A DNA stretch of 64,000 nucleotides, taken from the NCBI GenBank assembly GCA_016199215.1, contig JACQHB010000006.1, forward strand, positions 3,642-67,641. The letters run 5' to 3'. A program made the translations under genes and the position numbers. The DNA is from Candidatus Doudnabacteria bacterium (GTDB taxonomy: Bacteria > Patescibacteriota > Doudnabacteria > UBA920 > O2-02-FULL-48-8). Below, one piece after another: positions 49,930 to 59,009 of this stretch. Under the pieces are notes generated by a model, which saw only the letters and a program-made list of their open reading frames with translations, had not been told where the DNA came from and ran no database searches. How positions within the stretch are numbered: the first letter of the stretch is position 1; each line of letters starts with the position of its first letter.

Positions 49930-50376
49930 TTATCCCTTTAATGTTTGCTTTAGAATTTCAATGCACTCGCCTCTTAAAACCCCGGAAACAACTTCGCAAT
50001 CTTTTGGCACAAGTTCAGAAATGCTTTTGGACCAATGGTTAGAGTGTTCAAAAAATTCCAAAGCATCCTTCCTGCTCATGCCATAAACAATTCGCCTGAT
50101 TTTCTCCCAAAGTGCGGCTCCGGTGCACATCATGCAAGGTTCAGCCGTAGAATACAGGACGCAGTCCGGCAAGTGTCTGCTTTTTAGAGCCCTGCATGCT
50201 TTGCTTATAGCTTTAATTTCCGCGTGCTGCGTGCCATCGTTGTCTTCATAAGTGGTTGAACAAGCCTTTGCCATAACCTTTCCATTGCAAACCACGACTG
50301 CTCCAAATCTTTTTGGGCCCATTCCTTTCTTTGCTTCCTCCAAAGCAACCATCATAAAATGCTCATCTTCTGTCAT
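49930..50376 (-). CDS. tadA: CMP/dCMP-type zinc deaminase (tRNA adenosine deaminase-like)
   Basis: HAE...PCMMCTGA zinc-binding motifs in a 148-aa protein. Confidence 0.75.
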   Translation of the reverse strand: MTEDEHFMMVALEEAKKGMGPKRFGAVVVCNGKVMAKACSTTYEDNDGTQHAEIKAISKACRALKSRHLPDCVLYSTAEPCMMCTGAALWEKIRRIVYGMSRKDALEFFEHSNHWSKSISELVPKDCEVVSGVLRGECIEILKQTLKG

Positions 50377-51622
50377 TCCTTATTTCCTTAAATCCCAAAG
50401 ACCTTTGCAAGACTTTTGGGACCTTGATCGAGCCATCTTTTTGCTGGTAGTTTTCGAAAATCGCGATTGGAAGCCTGGTAAGCGCGATTGCCGTGCCGTT
50501 CAAAGTATGGACGAATTCCGCGGATCCGTCGTCCTTTCTGTATTTAATATTCAGCCGCCTCGCTTGGTAATCAGTGCAGTTGCTGGTTGATGTAATTTCA
50601 CCATAGCCGCCATTTTCCCCGACCATGGTCATCCAGGCTTCAATATCAAACTTGCGATAAGCGGGCCCTCCCAAATCAGCCGAAGCTATATCGATGACGC
50701 GGAAAGGGATCTGCAACCCTTCGCAAATTTCCCGCTCGATTGCCAAAAGCTCTTTGTGCATTTTTTCACTCTCCTGAGGCTTGCAGTACACAAACATTTC
50801 TAACTTTGTGAATTGATGCACTCGATATAAACCTTTGCTCACCCTTCCATATGCCCCGCCCTCGGTCCGGAAGCAATGCGAGAGAGCCACGTATTTAACC
50901 GGCCCTTTTGATAGATCCAAAACTTCATTGCTGTGATATCCTCCAACCGTAATCTCCGCGGTCCCGATCAAGCTCAAATCCGTATTCTCTATAGAATAAA
51001 CCTGGGTCTCAGGACCCCTTGGGCTGAACCCTATTCCTTCCAATATTTGATTCTTTGCCAAATCCGGTGTTTCCATCAGCATATAACCGCGCTTGGTTGC
51101 TGTTTCAATCCCGTAATTTACAAGCGCCCGATTCAGCCGGACCAAGTCGTTTTTTAGAAAATAAAACTTTGCCCCAGCGACTTTCGCGCCTCGCTCAAAA
51201 TCTATCTGATCAAGTGCAAGCATCAACTGCTCATGATCCTTGGGCTTAAAATCAAATTTTGGAATTTTACCTGACTCCTCCAAAACCTTAAAATCCTCTT
51301 CGCCCCCGATCGGCGACTCGGGATGGGTAAGGTTCGGAGTTTTTTCAAGCAATATTTTGTATTCCGCCTCGACTTCTGCCAACTCTTTTTCGGCCAGGTC
51401 TATATCGCGGCCGACTTCCTTCATTTTTAGGATTTCTTCATCCAAGGGTTTGGTCTTGGATTTTTTGTTGCGCAATGCTCGCAGTTGGTCAATCTGAAGA
51501 ATTCTTTCCCGCCGCATAACATCCAATTCCAAAAGCCTGTCCACGTCAATATCGACTCCGCGATTCTGATTATTTTTCTTAACCAAATCTGCATTTTCTC
51601 TTATAAATTTTATGTCTAGCAT
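50363..51622 (-). CDS. serS: serine--tRNA ligase
   Basis: N-terminal coiled-coil arm (MLDIKFIRENADLVKKN) and class II core motifs (FRTEGG, GEITSTSNCTDYQARR). Confidence 0.92.
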   Translation of the reverse strand: MLDIKFIRENADLVKKNNQNRGVDIDVDRLLELDVMRRERILQIDQLRALRNKKSKTKPLDEEILKMKEVGRDIDLAEKELAEVEAEYKILLEKTPNLTHPESPIGGEEDFKVLEESGKIPKFDFKPKDHEQLMLALDQIDFERGAKVAGAKFYFLKNDLVRLNRALVNYGIETATKRGYMLMETPDLAKNQILEGIGFSPRGPETQVYSIENTDLSLIGTAEITVGGYHSNEVLDLSKGPVKYVALSHCFRTEGGAYGRVSKGLYRVHQFTKLEMFVYCKPQESEKMHKELLAIEREICEGLQIPFRVIDIASADLGGPAYRKFDIEAWMTMVGENGGYGEITSTSNCTDYQARRLNIKYRKDDGSAEFVHTLNGTAIALTRLPIAIFENYQQKDGSIKVPKVLQRSLGFKEIRNDRR

Positions 51623-51639
51623 ATTCTATTTCCTATTCC

Positions 51640-52242
51640 CTATTTACTATTTTCTAACTCCTTAAAAATATCTTTAATTTTCTCAATAGCGTGCTTGCGA
51701 TGATTCAAAATTTCGTGCTCCTCTTCCGTCAGATCACAGTAGTACTTTCCGTAATTAGGAAAATACATCAAGGACCTGTAAGGATAGCCCTGGATTCTCT
51801 TGTCAGAAGGATGGTCGGCAATTACCCCTTCCACGTCCGCGCGCGAAGTCATGACGCCGAACGGCGTTGCAAGCGCCAAAAAAACATTTAACCTGCACTT
51901 TTTATTTTCCTGGCTCTCCATTCTTTTATAAACCTCATCTATCAATTCTTCATCAGACGCGTCTCTCCCAAGCCACCGGCGGCTTTTGATTCCAGGCTCT
52001 CCATTTAAAGCATCTATTTCAAACCCACCGTCGTCTACCAGAGTCGGGATCTTGGACTGCTCATAATAATACTTAGCCTTAAGCAAAGCGTTCTCTTCAA
52101 AAGTCTTGCCAGTTTCTTCCGGCTCCTCAATATTCAAATCTTTAGGGCTCACGAATTCAAACTTGAAACCGAAATCAGTCAATAATTTCTTGTATTCCTC
52201 AAACTTCCCAGGATTAGTTGTGCCAATTAAAAGTTTGCGCAT
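51640..52242 (-). CDS. rdgB: non-canonical purine NTP pyrophosphatase (RdgB/HAM1)
   Basis: LLIGTTNPGKFEEYKKLL plus the FENALLKA and DDGGFEIDALNGEPG patterns. Confidence 0.85.
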   Translation of the reverse strand: MRKLLIGTTNPGKFEEYKKLLTDFGFKFEFVSPKDLNIEEPEETGKTFEENALLKAKYYYEQSKIPTLVDDGGFEIDALNGEPGIKSRRWLGRDASDEELIDEVYKRMESQENKKCRLNVFLALATPFGVMTSRADVEGVIADHPSDKRIQGYPYRSLMYFPNYGKYYCDLTEEEHEILNHRKHAIEKIKDIFKELENSK

Positions 52243-52263
52243 ATTGTTCGAACGAAGCGAGAA

Positions 52264-52818
52264 CTATAATCCTATCTCTCCCGCATGCTCTTTCATTGCA
52301 TCCATCGAAACTCCCACTGCTTCCGGCAACTCGATGCCCATATACTCTTTGCAAAGCAAAATTAGATCTCTCCTGACCCCTGCGGCAAAACTTTTTGACT
52401 TAAATTTCTTAAGCACCGATTCCATGGTAACTGAAGCCAATTTTTTGTCTGGCTGGATCAGAGCGGCCGCGGTAATTAAACCCGCAAGTTCATCCATGCA
52501 AAACAAAGTTTTCTCCATCATTGTTTCAGGTTTGATCCCATGAACCCAGTTATGGACATGCACCGCTTTTACGATCTCCGGCTTTAAATCTGTTTTCTCA
52601 AGAATTTCCTTGGCAACCAGGCTGTGTTTGTTAAAGTCATCCGCAGTTTTCTCCCAATCCAGATCATGAAGGATTCCTGCCAATTCCCAATCTTCCTCGT
52701 TTTCTCCAAATTTTTTGGCAAACGCTTTCATAATAAATCCAACAGCCAACCCGTGCTTGACCAAATTCGGATTCTTGATATGCTGATTTAAAAGCTTAAA
52801 TGCTTCCTGTCTTGTCAT
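52264..52818 (-). CDS. HD-domain phosphohydrolase
   Basis: Start at ATG 52816-52818 (MTRQEAF). HGLAV...GILHDLDWE is the HD motif. Confidence 0.75.
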   Translation of the reverse strand: MTRQEAFKLLNQHIKNPNLVKHGLAVGFIMKAFAKKFGENEEDWELAGILHDLDWEKTADDFNKHSLVAKEILEKTDLKPEIVKAVHVHNWVHGIKPETMMEKTLFCMDELAGLITAAALIQPDKKLASVTMESVLKKFKSKSFAAGVRRDLILLCKEYMGIELPEAVGVSMDAMKEHAGEIGL

Positions 52819-52840
52819 AATTTCTTTTTCCGCGAGGCAC

Positions 52841-52933
52841 TGTTGCAAAACCAGCCTTCGCAGATCGGCTCATCCGATCGAGAACGCAGGCGGCGTTGAG
52901 CGTAAGCGAAACGACCGCCGGTAGTTTTGCAAT
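52841..52933. repeat. 93-bp palindromic intergenic element, copy 1 (downstream of lysS)
   Basis: Ends are TGTTGCAAAAC...GTTTTGCAAT. The first 42 nt are 40/42 identical to 54545-54586. Internal hairpins are GATCGG..CCGATC and GGCGG..CCGCC. Confidence 0.8.
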
Positions 52934-52943
52934 CGGTGCCGAG

Positions 52944-54404
52944 CTAATCCTCCCTCATAGGCGGGAATATTACTGTCTCCCGCAAAGATTTGTTCATCAG
53001 CACCGCAAACACCCGCTCGCTCATGCCAAACCCTACTGCCGGAGGCATGCCGTATTCCAAGGCTTCCACAAAGTCCTCGTCCATCATTTGCGCTTCCTTG
53101 TCCCCTGCTTGCCGCAATTTCATCTGCTCCTCAAATCTTGAACGCTGGTCAAGCGGATCGTTCAATTCAGCAAATGCATTGCAAAGCTCAGTCCCGCCCG
53201 CCAAAATCTGGAACCGCAAAACTTTTTTTGGATCTTTCGGATCGCGCTTGGCTAAAGGGGTTGTTTCAACGGGATGCCCGACCAAAAAGCACGGCTGAAT
53301 CAGTTTGGAGCGGACCGTTTTTTTGTAAATTGCGTCAATCAGCCTGCCCTTGCCCATGCCAGGCTTTGCATCAGCTCCAATTTCTTTGGCTTTTGCCTCA
53401 AGCTTAGCAACATCTGCTTTGGCAATATCAAGACCGGTGGCATCTTGAAACGCTTTAAAATAGTCAATTTTGGCCCATTTGGCTCCCCAATTGATTTTAT
53501 GACCCTCGTATTCAGTTTCCATACCTCCGGTCACTTTTTTCACTATCTGCTTAAAAAGTTTTTCCGAAAGCTTCATGCCATCTTTATGGTCGGCGTAAGC
53601 CCAGTAAAATTCCATATCATCGTATTCCTGCAGGTGTTCGCGGTCTATTCCTTCGTTTCGGAAAAGCCTTCCTATTTCAAAAACTTTTTCATATCCGCCC
53701 ACCAAAAGCCGCTTAAGCGGAAGCTCCAAGGAAATTCTCAAATAAAAATCACGATTCAAAGCGTTGTGGTGAGTAATGAAAGGCTCTGCGTCAGCCCCTC
53801 CCGGAATATTTTCCAAAACCGGATTCCAGACTTCCAAAAACCCTTGCTTAACCATAAAGTCACGGGTCGCTTGCCAAAACAAAGCTTTCTTGCGGAACAA
53901 CTCGCGAGTTTCAGGATTGGCAATCAAATCCAAATATCGTTTCCGCAACCTGGTCTCTAAATCTTTGAGGCCAAAAAACTGTTGAGGAATAGGCAGGATG
54001 CTTTTAGCTATTAGCTTATAGCTTTGAGTTTCCAAAGTCTTTTCGTTTGTCTTTGATAACGCCAAAGTGCCTGTTGCTTCAATAAAATCGCCGATATCCA
54101 GAAGCTCGGAAAATTCCTTAAACGCTTTTTCGCCCAAAACATCTTCGCGAAGCAAAATTTGAATCGTCCCTGTCCCGTCTTCAATATTTCCGAAAGTCAG
54201 TTTGCCATGAGTCCGGATGCTTCGAACGCGCCCAGTTAAAATTATCTGTTTTTGTTGCTGACTAAGCTTGTCGAAGTCTGCAACAGCTTTTGCAATTTCA
54301 TGAGTCCTCCCAGTTTCAACCGGATAAGGATCAACTCCCTGCTCTTTGAGTTTTTTTAGTTTCTGGATTCGAACCTGCCTGAGTTCTTCTATTTTTTCGC
54401 TCAT
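52944..54404 (-). CDS. lysS: lysine--tRNA ligase (class II)
   Basis: OB-fold N-terminal domain and class II motifs (FRNEGID, GLGMGIDRL-like GFGMSERV). Confidence 0.92.
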   Translation of the reverse strand: MSEKIEELRQVRIQKLKKLKEQGVDPYPVETGRTHEIAKAVADFDKLSQQQKQIILTGRVRSIRTHGKLTFGNIEDGTGTIQILLREDVLGEKAFKEFSELLDIGDFIEATGTLALSKTNEKTLETQSYKLIAKSILPIPQQFFGLKDLETRLRKRYLDLIANPETRELFRKKALFWQATRDFMVKQGFLEVWNPVLENIPGGADAEPFITHHNALNRDFYLRISLELPLKRLLVGGYEKVFEIGRLFRNEGIDREHLQEYDDMEFYWAYADHKDGMKLSEKLFKQIVKKVTGGMETEYEGHKINWGAKWAKIDYFKAFQDATGLDIAKADVAKLEAKAKEIGADAKPGMGKGRLIDAIYKKTVRSKLIQPCFLVGHPVETTPLAKRDPKDPKKVLRFQILAGGTELCNAFAELNDPLDQRSRFEEQMKLRQAGDKEAQMMDEDFVEALEYGMPPAVGFGMSERVFAVLMNKSLRETVIFPPMRED

Positions 54405-54544
54405 GTCTTTTGACTTTTCCCCTTTTAACTTTTTCGCTTTTCATTATACCATAAATTGCCAGCGTTGACAAAAAAAACAAAATTAGCTCCTATTCCCTTC
54501 TTCCCTTCCCTTCAAACTCCAGCATTAAAAATTAAGCGAGCGAT

Positions 54545-54647
54545 TGTTGCAAAACTAGCCTCCGCAGATCGGCTCATCCGATCGAGGAATCAGGTTACAA
54601 AAAATCGGCTTCCATGCCGATTTTTTGATAACCGATAGTTTTGCAAT
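54545..54647. repeat. 103-bp palindromic intergenic element, copy 2 (upstream of lysS, downstream of greA)
   Basis: Same termini and the same first 42 nt as copy 1. The central part is replaced by the greA terminator hairpin. Confidence 0.8.
54599..54626 (-). terminator. greA intrinsic terminator (bidirectional)
   Basis: AAAAAATCGGC-ttccat-GCCGATTTTTT. Confidence 0.8.
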
Positions 54648-54662
54648 TCAATCGCGAGCGAA

Positions 54663-55124
54663 CTACTCTATGCTCACTATCTCATATTCAGTCATGCCCA
54701 CTGGAGTTTCTACTTTCACTGTCTGTCCGACTTTTGCCCCTAGCAACGACCTTCCGACCAATGATTCATTTGAAATTTTGCCCGCTGCGGGATTGGCCTC
54801 GTTTGAGCCAACAATCGTCCATCTCATGGAATTGCCATTAGCTTTCACGCTTACGGTTGAACCAATAGAAACCGACTGATGATTGCCGTTATGGGAAATA
54901 ATTTCGGCGTTCTTAATCATATCTTCAATTTCCTGAATCCTGCCTTCAATGAAGGCCTGCTCTTCCTTGGCCTGGGCGTAATCCGCGTTTTCTGAAAGAT
55001 CGCCGTGAGCCACCGCTTCTTGGATGCGCTCGATTATTTCCTTGCGCCGCTCATCCTTCAAAAGCTTAAGCTCATCCTGAAGTTTCTTTAGACCGTCTTC
55101 GGTCAATAATACTTTTCTTTGCAT
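54663..55124 (-). CDS. greA: transcription elongation factor GreA
   Basis: LTEDGLKKLQDELKLLK...HGDLSENADYAQAKEEQ is the canonical GreA N-terminal coiled coil. Confidence 0.9.
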   Translation of the reverse strand: MQRKVLLTEDGLKKLQDELKLLKDERRKEIIERIQEAVAHGDLSENADYAQAKEEQAFIEGRIQEIEDMIKNAEIISHNGNHQSVSIGSTVSVKANGNSMRWTIVGSNEANPAAGKISNESLVGRSLLGAKVGQTVKVETPVGMTEYEIVSIE

Positions 55125-55217
55125 GCTATATCTTTATCCTAAAAGATCCCCTTGCCGGGGACCAACCGTTAATAGTGAAGCAATACTAATCGAAAACCGT
55201 GCTTTTGTCAACACCCT

Positions 55218-55622
55218 TTAAACCTTCTTATTCGTGCTTTTAAGCCTGGTCTTTTGGCTCAACAAAACCCTAATTTCCACCAACTCCCGCTTGATATCCT
55301 CTATCTCCTTTTCCGCCTTCACATTAGTTTCGAAATCAAGCTCCGCCCGAAGCCTGTCTTTTTCCTCCATCCGGTTCTGGCTCATCAGAATTATCGGGAC
55401 CTCCACCGCGGCAGTCACTGACAGAACAAGATTCAATAAAATAAACGGATAAGGATCCCATCGCAGTTGGTACGCGTAAATATTCAGCACAATCCAGAAA
55501 AGCAAAACCAAAGCAACCAACATTATAAATTCCCAGCTGCCCAGGAAATCTGAAACCTTGTCCGCCATCCTGTCCCCCCTGGTTAACTTTTCTTCGTGAA
55601 TTTTATTTAAGTTTCTTGACAT
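55218..55622 (-). CDS. DUF1003-domain membrane protein
   Basis: WDPYPFILLNLVLS...ILMSQNRMEEKDR is typical of DUF1003. Confidence 0.75.
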   Translation of the reverse strand: MSRNLNKIHEEKLTRGDRMADKVSDFLGSWEFIMLVALVLLFWIVLNIYAYQLRWDPYPFILLNLVLSVTAAVEVPIILMSQNRMEEKDRLRAELDFETNVKAEKEIEDIKRELVEIRVLLSQKTRLKSTNKKV

Positions 55623-55694
55623 GATCGTTCTCGCTTAATACTCTAGCAATTCGAAATTCAAAAGTCAAAACCTGCGGCAAGCGAAGTCGAACTA

Positions 55695-57626
55695 TTATTT
55701 TTGGAGCCTGTTTTTAAACCACCAATCATAAACGCCTTTGGCAACCGGCACTGCCACGGAACTGCCTTCCCCTCCTGACTCAACCAGAATCGTGAGCGCG
55801 ATTTGAGGATCGGCTGATGGCGCGTACGAAGTAAACCAAGCATGGGTCCTGCTCATATTTTTGGCATCGAACTGCGCTGTTCCAGTTTTGCCGGAAATTT
55901 CCATTGGCAAAGTATTCAGAGATTGAGCAGAGCCGGCAGTTATAGTCTGGCGCATTCCGTCTTGCACGACCTTCAGCCATTTCGGATCCAAAAAATTTTC
56001 TGATAGAACTTCTGGCTCCTTTTTCAGCAAAATCTTCCCAGACTGGTCAGATGCTTCGGACACGACAATCGGCCGCATAATTTTACCCCCGCTGGCGATA
56101 GTCGCGGTCCAGCTGTTTACTTGCAGCGGGGTGGCCAAAAGATCCCCCTGGCCGATTGAGAAGTGGTAGGTATCCCCCAAATACCATTGCTCATTGCGCT
56201 CTTGCTGCTTCCAGTCAGGATCCGGAACCAATCCGTCTTTTTCCGAAGGCAGGTCAATCCCAAGCGCTTTCCCCAAATGGAATTTCCTGAACCATTCGGC
56301 CACCTTGTCCGGACCAAGCCCCTGAATTTTGTTTTTGGGGTTTCCGCCGCCAAGGGTATAAAAGAAAATGTCTGAAGACCGGGCGATCGCCGAATAAACA
56401 TCCATTAGCCCAAGACCGTTTCGGTCGTAGCCGTAAAAAGTAAAATTCCCGATTCTGATCACGCCGTCATCCAAAATTTTGGTTTCTGGGGTAATTGTTC
56501 CTTCAGTCAACGCGGCTTGGGCAAGCATAGGCTTTACTGTAGATCCGGGCGGGTATGTGCCGGACAAAACCCGGTTCAGCAACGGATTGTTGGGATCGGA
56601 GGCAAGAGATTGGTATTCGGCCGCGCTTATGCCTCGGGCAAACAAGTTGGAGTCAAAAGAAGGCAGGCTGATCAGCGACAAAACTTCACCGGTCTTGGGA
56701 TTTGTGGCCACAGCCGCGGCTCTTTTAGCCCTTCCCCTGCCCATCACGGAAATTAAGTTGTCATATATAACTTTTTGAAGATCATAATCAATGCTTGTTT
56801 TGATGTTGCTGCCTGGGGTGGATGGCACAATATGGAATTCGTCCTTAATTTTTCCGGTGGCATCCATCTCTGTTTGCTTTTGGCCGTGGCTTCCCCGCAA
56901 AAAATCCTCATAAAAAACTTCCAGCCCGGTTTTGCCTATAAAATCATTAAACAGGTAATCCTTATTTTGACGCGCCGCGAGTTCATCTTGACTAATTTTG
57001 CCCGTGTAGCCGGTCAGGTGAGCGAATACCAAAGGATCTTTATAGTCCCTGATGGGGCTATCCTGCACTTCGAAGCCGGGAAAATCCGAACTGGCGCTGA
57101 TCAGAACAAGGGCTTGCTCTTTAGGCAAATTCTGCAAAATTGTAATTGGCTGAAGTTCTGTTTTGCCCGCTTTGTTGATTTGGGCAGACAGCTCTTCGTA
57201 AGGTCGAGCGGTAATTTTGCTGATTTTAGTGATAATTTCCGTTAATCGCGGTTCCTCTTTCGGAAGATAAGCGGGAATAGCAATCAGCTCAAAACTCGGG
57301 ACGTTGCTCGCGATAATTTTGCCGAACCTGTCTAAGATCAAACCACGGGGCGCGAACAGATACTGAATCCTTAGCTTGTTCCCTTCTGCCATGCTCCTGT
57401 ATTCCTCACCCCTGATGGTCTGCAGATATATAACCCTCCCCGCCAACAAGGTAAACATCAAAATCACGCACAAACCCAAAAACCGATAGTTGAGCGCTAT
57501 CCGTTCGTCTTCAAGGACCCGGTCAGAGTCGGTCAGGCTATCCTTATAAACTTCATCAAACCCAAGCTCCTTGCCACGTTCGATTTTGCGGTTGATGTAA
57601 TCTATTTCCCGGAAGGGGTTGTTCAT
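55695..57626 (-). CDS. mrdA: penicillin-binding protein 2 (elongasome transpeptidase)
   Basis: N-terminal TM, dimerisation domain, transpeptidase STVKP (PPGSTVKP), and KTGTA. Lies directly downstream of mreBCD. Confidence 0.85.
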   Translation of the reverse strand: MNNPFREIDYINRKIERGKELGFDEVYKDSLTDSDRVLEDERIALNYRFLGLCVILMFTLLAGRVIYLQTIRGEEYRSMAEGNKLRIQYLFAPRGLILDRFGKIIASNVPSFELIAIPAYLPKEEPRLTEIITKISKITARPYEELSAQINKAGKTELQPITILQNLPKEQALVLISASSDFPGFEVQDSPIRDYKDPLVFAHLTGYTGKISQDELAARQNKDYLFNDFIGKTGLEVFYEDFLRGSHGQKQTEMDATGKIKDEFHIVPSTPGSNIKTSIDYDLQKVIYDNLISVMGRGRAKRAAAVATNPKTGEVLSLISLPSFDSNLFARGISAAEYQSLASDPNNPLLNRVLSGTYPPGSTVKPMLAQAALTEGTITPETKILDDGVIRIGNFTFYGYDRNGLGLMDVYSAIARSSDIFFYTLGGGNPKNKIQGLGPDKVAEWFRKFHLGKALGIDLPSEKDGLVPDPDWKQQERNEQWYLGDTYHFSIGQGDLLATPLQVNSWTATIASGGKIMRPIVVSEASDQSGKILLKKEPEVLSENFLDPKWLKVVQDGMRQTITAGSAQSLNTLPMEISGKTGTAQFDAKNMSRTHAWFTSYAPSADPQIALTILVESGGEGSSVAVPVAKGVYDWWFKNRLQK

Positions 57627-58156
57627 GGGGCTAAAATTTTGAACACGCGGTTTTTAATTTGAAAAAGCCAGAACATTGGTTGGGTCAAGATCAGGGCGAA
57701 AATCAATTCAGGGAAAATCTTCCTCAAAACCTTGCTCCAAACAGTTGAAAGTGAGGCGAGGTCCAACACAGAAAGCGCCAAAGACAACAGCAAGACCAAA
57801 ACATTGAAGCATAAAATCCCAAAAAAGACGGCGATATAATTTATTAAGCGCGGGCTTGCTGGCGCGAGCACCGAATTTGCAAGAAAATAAACGGCAACAG
57901 CAGTCAGAATTAAGCTTAGGGTTAAAGTTCCGTCCACAAGCCCTGAATAAAAATCAAGCAGAATCCCTGAAAATATCACGACAAACGCCGATTCTTTCCG
58001 GCCTGAATGAATCACAGAAATGACCGAATAAATTAAGGCTAAATTAAATCCGGATAATAACGGAATCGTTGAAAACCCGGTTTGCAGCACAATCAGGACC
58101 GAAACTAAAAAAAACAATATAAGCCACTTATTGATCTGAAAAAATGGGAGCCTCAC
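57623..58156 (-). CDS. mreD: rod shape-determining protein MreD
   Basis: 177-aa polytopic protein between mreC and PBP2, with 4-nt overlaps on both sides. Confidence 0.7.
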   Translation of the reverse strand: MRLPFFQINKWLILFFLVSVLIVLQTGFSTIPLLSGFNLALIYSVISVIHSGRKESAFVVIFSGILLDFYSGLVDGTLTLSLILTAVAVYFLANSVLAPASPRLINYIAVFFGILCFNVLVLLLSLALSVLDLASLSTVWSKVLRKIFPELIFALILTQPMFWLFQIKNRVFKILAP

Positions 58157-58962
58157 TTGATTACGAAAACAAAGTTAAGATGCTTAAGATCAGCAGCCGG
58201 CGAGATAAACGCTTCCTGGAACAGCTGCGAAGAGTTGGACCGGACCGATGAAATTTCGCCAATCAACAAGCCTTGGGGAAAATCCCCCGACAATCCCGAA
58301 GTGACAACCCTATCCTGGACTTTAATCACTTCATTTTGGGTGACCAGGCCAAATATCAGGCCAAGTCCATGCTCCCCGGAAACCAAGCCGCGAGCCGCTG
58401 ATTCAGCGACTACCGCGTTTACCAAAATTTTGGGGTCGGTAATCAGCGTCGCTTCAGAATTTGACCCAGATACTTTTGTAATTTTTCCGACCAAAAGCCC
58501 GGGCGATGCGATTACCGCCGCATTTTCCCGCACTCCGTCGTTTGCTCCCTTATCAATGGAGATCAGCTGGGAAAAACCCGTGGGGTCGGCCATTATCACC
58601 TCCGCCGGGATCAAATCCAATTCGGAATCTTCTTGGAAATTTAAAGCCTTGCGCAAAGCGGAATTTTCCACTTTTGCCGACTGGAGCCTGGCGTTTTCGA
58701 AAGACAATTCATTGATTTTTTGATTTAAGGAAGCATTGTCTTTTGCCAAATTTTTTATGGTAAAAATAGTGGCAAAAATCTGCCTTACCCCGCTTGCCGC
58801 GGACGCCGTGCGATAAGTGGCCGCGCCGTAAGTTTTATTAAACCCGGCCTTGATAAAGCCCAAAAAACCGGTGGCGTCAAGAATAATAAACCCTGCAACC
58901 GCCACAAACAACACAAAGGCACGGAAAAATGTTTTAGTATAAATAAACCTCATGAAATGCAA
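58153..58962 (-). CDS. mreC: rod shape-determining protein MreC
   Basis: N-terminal TM, coiled coil (LNQKINELSFENARLQ), and beta-barrel domains. Confidence 0.8.
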   Translation of the reverse strand: MHFMRFIYTKTFFRAFVLFVAVAGFIILDATGFLGFIKAGFNKTYGAATYRTASAASGVRQIFATIFTIKNLAKDNASLNQKINELSFENARLQSAKVENSALRKALNFQEDSELDLIPAEVIMADPTGFSQLISIDKGANDGVRENAAVIASPGLLVGKITKVSGSNSEATLITDPKILVNAVVAESAARGLVSGEHGLGLIFGLVTQNEVIKVQDRVVTSGLSGDFPQGLLIGEISSVRSNSSQLFQEAFISPAADLKHLNFVFVIK

Positions 58963-59009
58963 AAGGAATAATAATTTTTAATTTTGCATTTTGACTTTTG
59001 CATTTTGAA

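Noticed and set aside
53274-53960. 228-aa plus-strand ORF inside lysS. Similar long antisense ORFs lie at 59344..59991 in mreB, 58157..58723 in mreC and 62636..63187 in rseP.
   Set aside because: The opposite strand encodes unmistakable housekeeping proteins, and these ORFs have no start context or motifs.
54365-54376. The 12-mer GGATTCGAACCT is identical to the T-arm region of tRNA-Gln. It might have been an att-site remnant marking an island boundary.
   Set aside because: It lies inside the conserved lysS reading frame (…RQVRIQKLKK…) with no flanking similarity to the tRNA, so it is most simply a chance match.
54405-54662. Possible T-box leader upstream of lysS.
   Set aside because: There is no T-box sequence (…GGUGGNACCGCG-like), no specifier-loop architecture, and the hairpin with T-runs is positioned as the greA terminator.
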